Shown here piece by piece: positions 39,344 through 49,102 of a DNA stretch of 64,000 nt. Within the stretch, counting starts at the first letter, position 1; every line of letters starts with the position of its first letter. Below the pieces are notes generated by a model. The model did no database searches, was not told the origin of the DNA, and saw only the letters and a program-made list of their open reading frames with translations. Both the position numbers and the translations under genes were made by a program. The stretch comes from Candidatus Omnitrophota bacterium (GTDB taxonomy: Bacteria > Omnitrophota > Gorgyraeia > Gygaellales > Profunditerraquicolaceae): positions 22,539 to 86,538 of the forward strand of contig JALOQK010000006.1 of assembly GCA_025453395.1 (NCBI GenBank). The letters run 5' to 3'.

Positions 39344-40879
39344 CTAATGCAATGGTACAGATAAATTCTCAGAATGGACCGGACGTTTCAAAAGAAAAAC
39401 CAATGGTAAAACACAAAGCATGGCTATCGCCCCTACATAAAAAGCGTCATTAAAAGAAAACAAGTTGGCCTGCCGCAGCAACTGCTGATGGATTAATCCA
39501 TTTGCCGCGTGAGAAGAATACGCGCCGTTCTGCGCTAAAATCGAACCCGCCTTATCCAAGGCTATCTGGTAACGCTGGTCAAACACATTCAGTTTCTCAG
39601 AAAGAATAAACTGATGAAACTGTGACCTGCGGGCAAGGATTGTGGTCATAAAGGCAATCCCGAAACTTCCCGCAATATTCCTCAAGAGATTAAAAATGCT
39701 TGTAGCGTTACCCATCTCTTCTTTATTTATAGTGGTAAAAGCCATGGTCGTCAACGGGATAAAGATCATGCCCATGCCTACGCCCATGACAATCCTTGAC
39801 CAAAGTATAATATTATAATCAACATAAAGATTAAAGTTTGACATAACAACCATGGAATACGATAAAACAATAACCCCCGTAAAAAGGATAAATTTCGGGT
39901 TTATCCTAGTTACCAACCTGCCAACCATAGGCATCATCAAAAGAGTCGCCAGGCCGCCAGGGGCGATAACAAACCCGGCAAGAAACGCGTTATACCCTAA
40001 TAGCTGTTGGACAAAAAGCGGCAAAATAACAATACTTCCGAAAAGCCCGAAAAAAGCGACAAATTGAATAGCATTGGCGCTGGCGAAAGAGATATTTTTT
40101 AACTGCCGGATATTTAACACTGGCGATTTAACCCGCAGCTCAATGATAATGAATAAAATAAACGAAATTACACTTACTACCGATAAGCGGGTTATAAAAG
40201 CAGAGGCAAACCAATCTTCACGCTGCCCCTTATCCAATATAACCTGAAGGCTTCCTACCGCTAAAACAATAAACGCCAGGCCCCAATAATCGATCTTTTC
40301 TTTTATCCTGGTTAAATACGGAGGGTCTTTTATAAAGATAGACACCATTATTATAGAAAGTACTCCTATCGGAATATTTATGTAGAAAATCCAATTCCAT
40401 GACCAATTATCCGTGATCCATCCGCCTAAAAGCGGGCCGATGATCGGCCCGAATAAAACCCCCACGCCAAATATAGCCATTGCCATACCGTATTGCGCCG
40501 GAGGAAATGTTTCAAACAGTATCGCCTGCGAAATAGGCTGCAAGCCCCCGCCTCCTATTCCCTGCAGGACCCTGAAGAAAATAAGCATAGACAAGCTTTT
40601 AGCGCTTCCACACATAAAAGAACTTACGGTAAACAATGTTATTGAAAACAAAACATAATTCCTCCTGCCAAAAACACGGCTTAGCCAACCGGTAAGAGGG
40701 ATAACTATGGCGTTAGCTACAAGATACGCGGTAATCGCCCAGGTAGCTTCATCTACCCCTGCGGATAAACTGCCGCGGATATGATCAAGCGACACATTAA
40801 CTACCGAAGTATCTATTACCTCAATAAGAGTGGGGAATATGACTGTTAAGGCAATGATCCATTTGTTTACTTTATTCAT
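39344..40879 (-). CDS. MFS transporter, DHA2 (EmrB/QacA) family, 14 TMS
   Basis: 511 aa with 14 predicted TM segments and MFS motif A-like GRLVTRINPK. Confidence 0.8.
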   Translation of the reverse strand: MNKVNKWIIALTVIFPTLIEVIDTSVVNVSLDHIRGSLSAGVDEATWAITAYLVANAIVIPLTGWLSRVFGRRNYVLFSITLFTVSSFMCGSAKSLSMLIFFRVLQGIGGGGLQPISQAILFETFPPAQYGMAMAIFGVGVLFGPIIGPLLGGWITDNWSWNWIFYINIPIGVLSIIMVSIFIKDPPYLTRIKEKIDYWGLAFIVLAVGSLQVILDKGQREDWFASAFITRLSVVSVISFILFIIIELRVKSPVLNIRQLKNISFASANAIQFVAFFGLFGSIVILPLFVQQLLGYNAFLAGFVIAPGGLATLLMMPMVGRLVTRINPKFILFTGVIVLSYSMVVMSNFNLYVDYNIILWSRIVMGVGMGMIFIPLTTMAFTTINKEEMGNATSIFNLLRNIAGSFGIAFMTTILARRSQFHQFILSEKLNVFDQRYQIALDKAGSILAQNGAYSSHAANGLIHQQLLRQANLFSFNDAFYVGAIAMLCVLPLVFLLKRPVHSENLSVPLH

Positions 40880-41828
40880 CTTTGGCGATAATACTCGATG
40901 TACAGGACATGCCTATGCGCAATATATGTCCGGCGTCGGATGTTTTATCAAAAACTATCTTTACTGGTATTCTCTGCACGACTTTAACATAATTGCCTAA
41001 CGCGTTCTCCGGAGGAAAAAGCGAAAATGCAGCCCCTGTCCCGGGCATAATACTATCCACTTTTCCGGTAAAAACTTTTCCCGGATAAGTATCCACTTTT
41101 ATTTTTACCTTCTGCCCTGGCTTAACATTTTTAAGCTGGGTTTCTTTGTAATTGGCAACCACCCATATATCATCAAGCGCAACCACCGCCATCAAAGGCT
41201 GGCCTGCCTGTATCTGATTGCCGGTTTCAACGGCTTTATTGGCAATATATCCTTGGCTGGGAGAGTATATTTTAGTATACCCTAAATTCACCTGCGCTGT
41301 TTTAAAAGCTGTCTGTTTCTGTTTCACAAGCGCCTCTTCAAGAAGCTTATTATCTTGTGCGGCCTTAAACTGCTCTATGGCCAATTTATATGCGGTAACG
41401 GATTTTTCATATTTTTCTTTAGGTAAAACTTTTTCCTTAAAAAGGCTGTCCGCTCTTTGCTTATCTTTTGCCGCCTGCAGAAGAGATATCCGGGCGGACC
41501 TTATGCGCGAAAGGGAATCGCTTAATCTTGCCGCTTCAGCTTCAAAGGCTGCCATGGCAGAGTTTACCTGCAGCTTATAATCTACAGGGTCAATATCCAA
41601 AAGCGCCTGATCTTTCTTAACGGCCTGGTTATCATTTGCATATACGAAAGCTACCGTTCCGGGAACTTTAGAGGCTATGCTATGGACCCTGCCGGCAATA
41701 TAAGAATCATCTGTATCAACAAAATTAAGGTTTGATATTAAATAAAACGCCAAACTTACAGCGCCTAATAACGCCAGCACGATCAATAAAATAATAATTT
41801 TCCCCTTCTTCGTATTTTGTATGCTCAT
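40872..41828 (-). CDS. HlyD-family secretion/efflux adaptor (EmrA-like)
   Basis: N-terminal TM anchor, long coiled coil and a C-terminal beta domain. Overlaps the MFS pump start. Confidence 0.75.
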   Translation of the reverse strand: MSIQNTKKGKIIILLIVLALLGAVSLAFYLISNLNFVDTDDSYIAGRVHSIASKVPGTVAFVYANDNQAVKKDQALLDIDPVDYKLQVNSAMAAFEAEAARLSDSLSRIRSARISLLQAAKDKQRADSLFKEKVLPKEKYEKSVTAYKLAIEQFKAAQDNKLLEEALVKQKQTAFKTAQVNLGYTKIYSPSQGYIANKAVETGNQIQAGQPLMAVVALDDIWVVANYKETQLKNVKPGQKVKIKVDTYPGKVFTGKVDSIMPGTGAAFSLFPPENALGNYVKVVQRIPVKIVFDKTSDAGHILRIGMSCTSSIIAKDE

Positions 41829-41832
41829 TTTA

Positions 41833-43335
41833 TTATTTCTCCATTCTCTCGTAAACTAATGATAAATCTATCCCCATGGAATACAGATATTTCGCGTATC
41901 CCCGTTTAAGCTGGTAATCACTATTATAATAATTTGCCTGAGCGGTAGTTTCCTGAGTTATTGCCTCAAGCACCTCCGTGGGATTAGCGCTTCCGGCTTC
42001 ATATTTCGCGCGGTAAAAACGCACATTCTCTTCTGCCTGTGCCAGCGCGTCTTTGGCAACTAACATTGTCTCTCTGGCATTCTCAAGGCCATAATAACTT
42101 TCTTCGATCTCAAAGCGGATATCTTCAAGCAGTTTTTCCTTTTGCTGGCCCAGTTGCTGCCTGTGTAAACGCTCTTTTAAAAGTTGGGCTCTTGCCAAAC
42201 CGCCATCATAGAGGTCCATCTTCGCCCCCAGCACAGTTGAGAAATTATCCTGATGCGCCTGATATTGGTTTTGTTGGTATGCATACCCGGCCTGAGCAAA
42301 AATAACCGGCAGGTTTCCCGCAGCCTTAGATCTTTCGGCTGATATTGAAGCCTGCATTTGCTGATTGTAGAATATTACTTCCGGCCTATTTGTTTTTGCC
42401 ATATCCCAAGCCCTGTCCATTTCAGGGAAACTAACCGGATAGCCTGGAATATCCCGTACAATAATAGCCTGCCTTAAAGGAAAAGATAAAATATTATTCA
42501 GCCTTGCCACGGCCAACTGCCTGGAATTACGCGAACTAATCAGTTTCTGCTTTACGTCAGCTAATCGCACTTTGGCAGGAAGCACATCGTTTTCAACCAC
42601 TACCCCCTGCTGGTAAAGATGCTCTATATCATTAAGGTAAGAGACCAGGCTTTTAACTTCATCTTCAAATACCGCGATCATTTTCTCCGCCTCTAAAAGG
42701 TCAAAATATGAAGCAATAAACTCCAAGACCGCTACTCTTTTGACGCTTTCGGTGCGGGCTTCCTGGGCCTTGGTTTTCTCCCGCGAGGCCATATAACTTG
42801 AGAGGTTCTTCCCAAAATCAAACAAAGTCTGATAAACATTAAAACCGTAAGAGTATGAATCCTTTTGGGCAGTATTGACTATCTGGGAATTTAATCTTGA
42901 CGCCGGCTGAAATCTTAAGAATGAGCGCGAGGCATCAAGGCTTACCTGCGGGAGAAGCACCGAGCGGCTCAAAAGCGAATCTTCATACGAGATCTCATTA
43001 TCCAAAAGGGATATTTTTATTAAGCGGTTATCCGAGAGGACGATTTTTATGCCTTCTGACAGAGTAATAACCTTCTCTTTGGGCTGTTGAGGACCAGCCC
43101 AAACAGAACCGAACCAACAGGCGCAAAATGTTGCGAAAATAACCGCTTTAAGCAGGTCATCAACTTTAACATCAAAAACTTTGGCGATTTTAACCAATGT
43201 TTTTATCGTGGGATTAGGATTTGCCCCTGACTCCACTTTAACAATAGTATTAAGCGATAAATCCGACAACTTAGAAAGCCTGTCCTGTGAAATACCTGTT
43301 CTAGACCTTAGTTTCCTGATATTTGCGCTTATCAT
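41833..43335 (-). CDS. XRE-family HTH domain fused in-frame to hydrophobic segment and TolC/OEP-family outer-membrane efflux domain
   Basis: Residues 1-62 MISANIRKLRSRTGISQDRLSKLSDLSLNTIVKVESGANPNPTIKTLVKIAKVFDVKVDDLL form a classic HTH_XRE. Residues 64-80 AVIFATFCACWFGSVWA look like a signal-peptide or TM segment. The remaining ~420 aa show OEP-type repeats. No ATG/GTG/TTG lies in frame between the HTH and the hydrophobic segment. Confidence 0.6.
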   Translation of the reverse strand: MISANIRKLRSRTGISQDRLSKLSDLSLNTIVKVESGANPNPTIKTLVKIAKVFDVKVDDLLKAVIFATFCACWFGSVWAGPQQPKEKVITLSEGIKIVLSDNRLIKISLLDNEISYEDSLLSRSVLLPQVSLDASRSFLRFQPASRLNSQIVNTAQKDSYSYGFNVYQTLFDFGKNLSSYMASREKTKAQEARTESVKRVAVLEFIASYFDLLEAEKMIAVFEDEVKSLVSYLNDIEHLYQQGVVVENDVLPAKVRLADVKQKLISSRNSRQLAVARLNNILSFPLRQAIIVRDIPGYPVSFPEMDRAWDMAKTNRPEVIFYNQQMQASISAERSKAAGNLPVIFAQAGYAYQQNQYQAHQDNFSTVLGAKMDLYDGGLARAQLLKERLHRQQLGQQKEKLLEDIRFEIEESYYGLENARETMLVAKDALAQAEENVRFYRAKYEAGSANPTEVLEAITQETTAQANYYNSDYQLKRGYAKYLYSMGIDLSLVYERMEK

Positions 43336-43454
43336 ATAATAATATATTGCTTTTCTTATATTACTTTTCCCATAATACTACTATTATAATATAATAAACG
43401 GCAAATAGTCAAGTAAAAAATACCTATATTATTCTTTGGAATTAACGGCGAGTC

Positions 43455-44729
43455 TTAGAACTTCTTGCGGAAATGGCGGTAGTTACTGGTGCTGCGTTGC
43501 TTATTGCGAAAGAAATTCTTTTGTTGATGCTTTTGCTGATGCTTTTGTTTTTGCGCTGCCCCGGAAACGGCTTGGTCAAACTCTTCCTGCGGAACTTCCG
43601 GATGTTTGGCGATCGGCAAAGAGGAGCGGATAATCTTCTCAATATCGCGCACATCACGGGACTGATCAGGGGTGGCAAATGAAATAGCGTGCCCCTTATG
43701 CCCGGCTCTGGCGGTGCGCCCAATGCGGTGCACGTAATTTTCCGCGTCATCCGGCAGGTCGTAATTGATTACAAGCTGAATCCCCTTTACATCCAGCCCG
43801 CGCGAAGCGATATCAGTAGCAACCAACACCTTGAATCTGCCGGATTTGAAACCATCAAGGGCGTCTTTACGCTGGCTTAAAGAACGGTTAGAATGGATCT
43901 CTGCCGCGCTATAACCCATATCCCGTATAGAATTTGTGATCTTCCTGGCATTGTGTTTAGTGCGGGAGAATAAAATCACCGGGCCGTGATACTGCGCTAA
44001 GATTTTACCTAAAAGGCGGTTCTTTGCCTCTTTTCTTACAATAAAAAGCTCTTGCGTCACGTTTTCAGCGGTAGTCCCCGAAGGAGCGACCTCCGCGGAA
44101 ACCGGAAGCTTCATGTATTTAGCCGCCAAAGCCATAATTTCTTTAGGGATAGTCGCGGAAAAAAGCATAGTCTGCCTATCCTTGGGCACAAAACGTAAGA
44201 TTTTCTCTATCTGCGGAGCAAAACCCATATCAAGCATGCGGTCAGCTTCATCAAAAACAAGCATTTTTAAATCATCCAATACCACATTCCAATGCGACAT
44301 GTGGTCAATCAACCTGCCGGGAGTAGCAATTACAATCCGGGGATTCTTGCGCAAGGCCTGAACTTGCCTGTCCATAGGAGCCCCTCCGATAAGGCAGGCA
44401 GTATTTATAGAAAAGGCCTGCGCCAAAGGATGGAAATTTTCGCTAATCTGCATGGCAAGTTCTCTTGTGGGAGCAAGCACTAAACCCATGGCATCGGTTT
44501 TTTGCGCCAGCAGCTGGCACATGGGCACAGCGAATGAATGCGTTTTACCAGTCCCTGTCTGGGCAATACCAATGACATCTTTACCTTCAAGAGCCAAAGG
44601 AATTACTTTCTCCTGAATGGGAGTAGGCACCTTAAATTTAAGGCGCTCTAAGATATCAAGGATTTTAGGCGCAATACCTAAACCATAAAAACCTTGCTGC
44701 TGGGATGGCGCTATTTGTCTATGCGGCAT
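43455..44729 (-). CDS. DEAD-box ATP-dependent RNA helicase (RhlE-like) with basic C-terminal tail
   Basis: Q motif, motif I AQTGTGKT, Ia, DEAD (VFDEAD), SAT, and motif VI HRIGRTARAG. Confidence 0.9.
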   Translation of the reverse strand: MPHRQIAPSQQQGFYGLGIAPKILDILERLKFKVPTPIQEKVIPLALEGKDVIGIAQTGTGKTHSFAVPMCQLLAQKTDAMGLVLAPTRELAMQISENFHPLAQAFSINTACLIGGAPMDRQVQALRKNPRIVIATPGRLIDHMSHWNVVLDDLKMLVFDEADRMLDMGFAPQIEKILRFVPKDRQTMLFSATIPKEIMALAAKYMKLPVSAEVAPSGTTAENVTQELFIVRKEAKNRLLGKILAQYHGPVILFSRTKHNARKITNSIRDMGYSAAEIHSNRSLSQRKDALDGFKSGRFKVLVATDIASRGLDVKGIQLVINYDLPDDAENYVHRIGRTARAGHKGHAISFATPDQSRDVRDIEKIIRSSLPIAKHPEVPQEEFDQAVSGAAQKQKHQQKHQQKNFFRNKQRSTSNYRHFRKKF

Positions 44730-44757
44730 AATATTTTTGCAACCTTTCTTTGATCTA

Positions 44758-45825
44758 TTAAAGGGCTTCCTGCGCTTGGCTGACTAACTGATCAATTAAT
44801 TCTTTGACCGAAACAATCTTGTCAATACGATAGGCATTCGTCCCGCACATGGCAAACCCATGCTCTAAATCTCCTCTATAGGCATTTACTAAAGCCTTGG
44901 CAATGCAATAATTTACTTTCCGTGGGTCACAGGTAATCAAACATTTATAAAAACACTGAAAATCTATCTTTTCTCCGCTTTCTATGCGCTCTACAAATTT
45001 ATTGCGGATGACCCTGCCCGGCATGCCTACTGGGCTGTTGATAACCACAATATCCTCTTTCTTAGAGCTAAGATAGAGCTTTTTATATTCTAGCGAAGCA
45101 TCACATTCATTGGTACAGACAAAACGCGTAGCCATCTGTACAGCGCTGGCGCCGATTTTAAGCATTTTGGCGATATCCGCTCCGGTATAGATGCCGCCTG
45201 CGGCAACAACCGGGATACGCGGCGTGTATTTGCCGGCTACTTCTAAAACATCTTTGAGTATATTCTCAAGTGAAAAATGCTCTGGATCTTTCAGCTCTTC
45301 CCTGCTATAACCTAAATGCCCGCCTGCCAAGGGGCCTTCAACAACAATAGCATCAGGAAGCCGCGCGTAGCGCCTCTTCCAAGTGCTACAAATAATATTG
45401 GCTGCCCTTCCAGAAGAAACAATAGGGAAAAGTTTTGTCCTTTTATTCTTGATTAAAGCCGGCAACCCTAAAGGCAGCCCTGCTCCAGAAATAATCACAT
45501 CTATGCCTTCGTCCTGCGCGGCAGAAACCAAATTATCATAATTAGTCAACGCGCACATGACATTTACCCCGATAGGATTTGAAGTTAAACTCCGAGCTTG
45601 ACGGATAGTATCTATAAATGATTGCGTGGAACGCTGGGCATAATTTAAACCGTTGTCGTTATCTTCTTCGCCTAAACCCACGGCGGCAATAACCCCCAAA
45701 GCACCCTGGTTAGAGACCGCGGAAGCCAAAGATGACGCGGACACCCTTACTCCCATTCCGCCCTGAATAATCGGCAATTTAATTTTTAGATCTCCGATAA
45801 TAAGACTTTCTAACTTGCCGCTCAT
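44758..45825 (-). CDS. nitronate monooxygenase family FMN-dependent oxidoreductase (NPD/FabK-like)
   Basis: PIIQGGMGVRVSASSLASAVSNQGALGVIAA matches the NMO FMN-binding N-terminus. I chose the start at M23 (AAGAAAGAGG RBS) because the upstream ATG at 45891 lies inside the csp terminator hairpin. Confidence 0.7.
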   Translation of the reverse strand: MSGKLESLIIGDLKIKLPIIQGGMGVRVSASSLASAVSNQGALGVIAAVGLGEEDNDNGLNYAQRSTQSFIDTIRQARSLTSNPIGVNVMCALTNYDNLVSAAQDEGIDVIISGAGLPLGLPALIKNKRTKLFPIVSSGRAANIICSTWKRRYARLPDAIVVEGPLAGGHLGYSREELKDPEHFSLENILKDVLEVAGKYTPRIPVVAAGGIYTGADIAKMLKIGASAVQMATRFVCTNECDASLEYKKLYLSSKKEDIVVINSPVGMPGRVIRNKFVERIESGEKIDFQCFYKCLITCDPRKVNYCIAKALVNAYRGDLEHGFAMCGTNAYRIDKIVSVKELIDQLVSQAQEAL

Positions 45826-45861
45826 TCTTTTATACCTCTTTCTTATCTGCTGTGGCCTCTT

Positions 45862-45905
45862 GCAAAAAAAATAGCCCGGCCTCTTGTTCATCGATGCCGG
45901 GCTAT
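45862..45905 (-). terminator. Rho-independent terminator downstream of csp (bidirectional-looking)
   Basis: Minus strand: ATAGCCCGGC-15 nt loop-GCCGGGCTAT followed by TTTTTTTT. The plus strand also has a T-run after the same hairpin. Confidence 0.7.
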
Positions 45906-45924
45906 TATCCTTTGTTTTTTAGGT

Positions 45925-46125
45925 TTATAATTTCACTACTTTCGTAGCCTGCTCACCTTTAGGTCCTTTTTCGATCTCGAACTCGACTTCCTGTCCTTCG
46001 TCTAAGGATTTATAGCCTTCACCTTGGATAGCGGTATGATGCACAAATACATCACTGCCATTTTCAGGGGTAATAAACCCATAACCTTTTTGGTTGCTGA
46101 ACCACTTTACTTTGCCCTTTGCCAT
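45925..46125 (-). CDS. cspA: cold-shock protein (CspA family)
   Basis: [34 protein letters not shown] contains the RNP1 (KGYGFI) and RNP2 (VFVHH) motifs. Perfect RBS AAGGAGG 7 nt upstream. Confidence 0.95.
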   Translation of the reverse strand: MAKGKVKWFSNQKGYGFITPENGSDVFVHHTAIQGEGYKSLDEGQEVEFEIEKGPKGEQATKVVKL

Positions 46126-46311
46126 CTTTGTTTCCTCCTTTTCTTAAGAATTGTAGCAATAATCCATTGGGAATCCGAGCAAACAATGCCTTGCATTCTA
46201 TCTACACCCCGCGCTTATCTTACCTGGCCTAAATTGCTGGGCCAGTATCCGCCTTTTTGGCGGAGAATTGCCTGCCTACCGGCAGGCAGGCGCGGGTGTG
46301 TTGCCTTCTGC

Positions 46312-46351
46312 AACAAAAAACCGCAAGGTTAGAACACCTCTTCCCTTGCGG
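46312..46351 (-). terminator. terminator-like hairpin within the csp leader (possible attenuator)
   Basis: Minus strand: CCGCAAGG-15nt-CCTTGCGG followed by TTTTTTTG. It lies ~30 nt downstream of the predicted csp promoter and ~190 nt upstream of the csp ATG. Two further GC-rich hairpins occur in the leader (CCTGCC-tacc-GGCAGG near 46271-46286, and CTGGCC...GGCCAG). Confidence 0.5.
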
Positions 46352-46388
46352 CTTAAGATTTCTAATCCCCTCATTTACTACGTTAACA

Positions 46389-46416
46389 AATATAGCATAT
46401 TTCTTTTTATTGTCAA
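46389..46416 (-). promoter_or_regulatory. near-consensus sigma70 promoter, candidate csp promoter giving ~256-nt 5' UTR
   Basis: Minus strand: TTGACA (46416..46411), 16-nt spacer, TATATT (46394..46389), immediately after the DUF2339 gene stop. Confidence 0.5.
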
Positions 46417-46417
46417 C

Positions 46418-49021
46418 TTATTTTTTTAGGTTTAATTTATCCGCTGTATACTTAGTGTAAACAAAAGATACCCCTAAAAATAACAAGCCTAAAACAATGA
46501 AGCTTATGATTTTATAAATAATCGGCAGCCCTGCTAAATCCACGAATATTATCCGTCCGACGGTAAACCCAAAAACAATAAAACCGCCCTTGCGGAATAT
46601 CTTCTCTTTTATCAAAAACCCTATTGCAAAAAGAACCACTCCCGCTAAGCCCCAAGAAAGCGAAATCCAAATACTTCTTACATGCTGAAAAATAGCAACA
46701 AGCATTAAAGCGGCACTTGCATAAAAAAGAACGCTGATAAGCGGCTTCTCATTTTCATCAATAAGTGATTTCTTATTTAAATTGCGATAAATAAAATATG
46801 CCGCCCAGGCGCAGGCCAGCTTAACCGATATAAGAGCCCATTGGAATACCGGATTAAGATTATAGTACTTATCGATAAAAATAAATCTGACTGCTGCCAG
46901 CAATAAAACAAGAAGCGAATATACGCGGATATGCCTGTCTTCTGCCTTAACAGCCCAAATTAACGCCATAAGCGAAACTATGGCAATGCTTAAGGTAATC
47001 CACACCTGCTGGACATAAACAATAATCGCGAAAATCAATAACGACGAGGAAGCAAAGAAAAGTAATTTAGGAAGCAAAATCTCCCTCTGTCCTTCCAGGG
47101 CATTCCTATTGGATATCCTGTACAAAATATATTCTGCGAAGAAACAGCAGGCTGGCCCATAGATAATAAATAACTGCTGAAATTCGCTTATATTGCTATA
47201 ATTATTCCAAAAACAAAATCTTAAGCCCGCCCAGGCTAAAACAACCAAGGCATACCAACGGATATATTTATCCAATAACAAAACCCCGACAGCAAAAATC
47301 AATACCGACTCCACCGATAATCCAAAGGTAAGCCACATTGGCTTTATTAATTCAATCACATACGCAGTCAAATACACCACAGAAAAGCCTGAATAAGCCC
47401 TTTTGGCTAACTGATCGAAATATGACAACCCGTCTTTTTCTCTAAAGAAGCGGTGCAAACCAAAGCAGGCTGCGGTTGAAATAAACCCCAGTAAGGACAG
47501 AAATTCCTTCCAGCTTATCTTAAAACCTGCCAGGGACAAATCGCCTGAGGGCCCGTAAAATACAAATTGCAAGAATAAAACTATTGATAACCCCACAGCC
47601 AGATAACGGTAGATGCCCCGCTTAAAGATAAAACCCACATATAGCAAAAACGGCAATTCTATCAACCAAACAACCAGGCTATGATAGGCAGCAAATTTTA
47701 ACGGCACCGACAGGGTTATCAAAGAAACCGCGATAATTATGTCAGAAATAAAGAGCTCTTTCCTCTTTAGTAATTCCATAAACATGGCTAGAACAAAATA
47801 CGCTAACCCCATGCCTAAAACCGCGCTAAACTTATAATCGGGATAGAAGAAATAGAACTTAGGATACGCCATAGCAAAAAAGAATATGAAGTTAGCAAAA
47901 TTAGCTGCGGAAAGCTTCCGGTAAACTTGGGCCTGCTTGTCATTCTTTATCAAATGCGCGGCGGCAGTAAAAAGAACCAGATATACGCATAAAAACCCTG
48001 CGTCAAAATGAAAATAAATATTTTCTACGTTTAAATTTCCTGCGGGCACAAAAGAGAATGAGATTTGTTTTATTACCCAAACCAAATGCGTAAGGTAAGT
48101 CAATGCAATGCTGACGAAAATAAAACGCACCCACTGCATTTTATATATTACCACTAATGCCACAACTGCAAGCAGGCTTGCGTTTATAAGCGAAAAATAC
48201 CCCACATCTGCCAAAACTGAAGTAAAATACCCCACAAAAAGCGCTATTGCGGTTAAGCCTTCAGATTTATAACGCAACGAATGCGCGATAATCCCCAAAG
48301 CCACAACAGATAAAAGTAATAGATCTAAAACTTGGCTATTAATTACTTTTGCCGCTTCAAAGTGATACATCGCATAAGTGGTAAAATAGGCGATCGCCCA
48401 ACCGCCGCCTAAAAGCACTCGCCCATAATTAACAAATTTATCTTTCTTCTCTAACTTTAAACCTATAACTAAAAGGCCTGCCGCAATAGCATACCCAAGC
48501 AATACCTTGGCCAATGCGCCGAATAAGAAACCAAAACGGGCAACTGTATAAGTCAATAAAAACGCTACCCCTAAAGAAAAAACTATTATCCCTATTTTAT
48601 TTAACCAGAATTTCCCTAAGTCCATCTCCAGGTCAGTTTTCTTTATAATAACTGCGGCGGGTTTTTCTATAGCAGTAATAGCAGGCTTTATTTCTTTAGG
48701 GGATGGAACTTCTTTTTTCTCTTCTAAGGTTAAGACAGATATTTTTACTTCCAAATTCCTGATCCTATCGCTTAAAGCGTTAAAATCATCCTGAATTGCT
48801 TTAAACTCATCTTTGATCTGGTTAAAAGAGGTTCCCGGGTTAATTGTTTGCGCATTAGAATTATCACTACCCGCTTTAGGCAAAATTGAAACTATTAACA
48901 ATGCCACCGGCCCCAAGGAAAACCCTAAGAAAAACCATGTCAGGCAGCTTCTGTTCTTAAGTTTAGCGACATAAACACTTGCGGCAAAACACGCCATCCA
49001 TATCAAGAAGCCATTAAACAT
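46418..49021 (-). CDS. large polytopic membrane protein, DUF2339-like (867 aa)
   Basis: N-terminal 2 TM helices, a coiled-coil stretch (IKDEFKAIQDDFNALSDRIRNLEVKISVL) and more than 20 further TM helices. The size and layout resemble the DUF2339 family. Confidence 0.5.
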   Translation of the reverse strand: MFNGFLIWMACFAASVYVAKLKNRSCLTWFFLGFSLGPVALLIVSILPKAGSDNSNAQTINPGTSFNQIKDEFKAIQDDFNALSDRIRNLEVKISVLTLEEKKEVPSPKEIKPAITAIEKPAAVIIKKTDLEMDLGKFWLNKIGIIVFSLGVAFLLTYTVARFGFLFGALAKVLLGYAIAAGLLVIGLKLEKKDKFVNYGRVLLGGGWAIAYFTTYAMYHFEAAKVINSQVLDLLLLSVVALGIIAHSLRYKSEGLTAIALFVGYFTSVLADVGYFSLINASLLAVVALVVIYKMQWVRFIFVSIALTYLTHLVWVIKQISFSFVPAGNLNVENIYFHFDAGFLCVYLVLFTAAAHLIKNDKQAQVYRKLSAANFANFIFFFAMAYPKFYFFYPDYKFSAVLGMGLAYFVLAMFMELLKRKELFISDIIIAVSLITLSVPLKFAAYHSLVVWLIELPFLLYVGFIFKRGIYRYLAVGLSIVLFLQFVFYGPSGDLSLAGFKISWKEFLSLLGFISTAACFGLHRFFREKDGLSYFDQLAKRAYSGFSVVYLTAYVIELIKPMWLTFGLSVESVLIFAVGVLLLDKYIRWYALVVLAWAGLRFCFWNNYSNISEFQQLFIIYGPACCFFAEYILYRISNRNALEGQREILLPKLLFFASSSLLIFAIIVYVQQVWITLSIAIVSLMALIWAVKAEDRHIRVYSLLVLLLAAVRFIFIDKYYNLNPVFQWALISVKLACAWAAYFIYRNLNKKSLIDENEKPLISVLFYASAALMLVAIFQHVRSIWISLSWGLAGVVLFAIGFLIKEKIFRKGGFIVFGFTVGRIIFVDLAGLPIIYKIISFIVLGLLFLGVSFVYTKYTADKLNLKK

Positions 49022-49102
49022 TATTCCGCTCCTTTTTTATAAGATCGACATTACAGTTAATGCTCCTATTTTAAAACACAAGGATAAAATAGCAAGTATT
49101 CT

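Noticed and set aside
41833-43335. Splitting the HTH–TolC ORF into a small XRE gene plus a separate TolC gene.
   Set aside because: No ATG/GTG/TTG exists in frame between the HTH and the hydrophobic segment, and no stop either. I kept one ORF and raised the uncertainty in the findings.
44758-45891. Longest-ORF start of the NMO/FabK-like gene at 45891 (MNKRPGYFFCKRPQQIRKRYKR...).
   Set aside because: This start lies inside the csp terminator hairpin and has no RBS. An internal ATG at 45825 has an AAGAAAGAGG RBS and begins exactly at the conserved domain.
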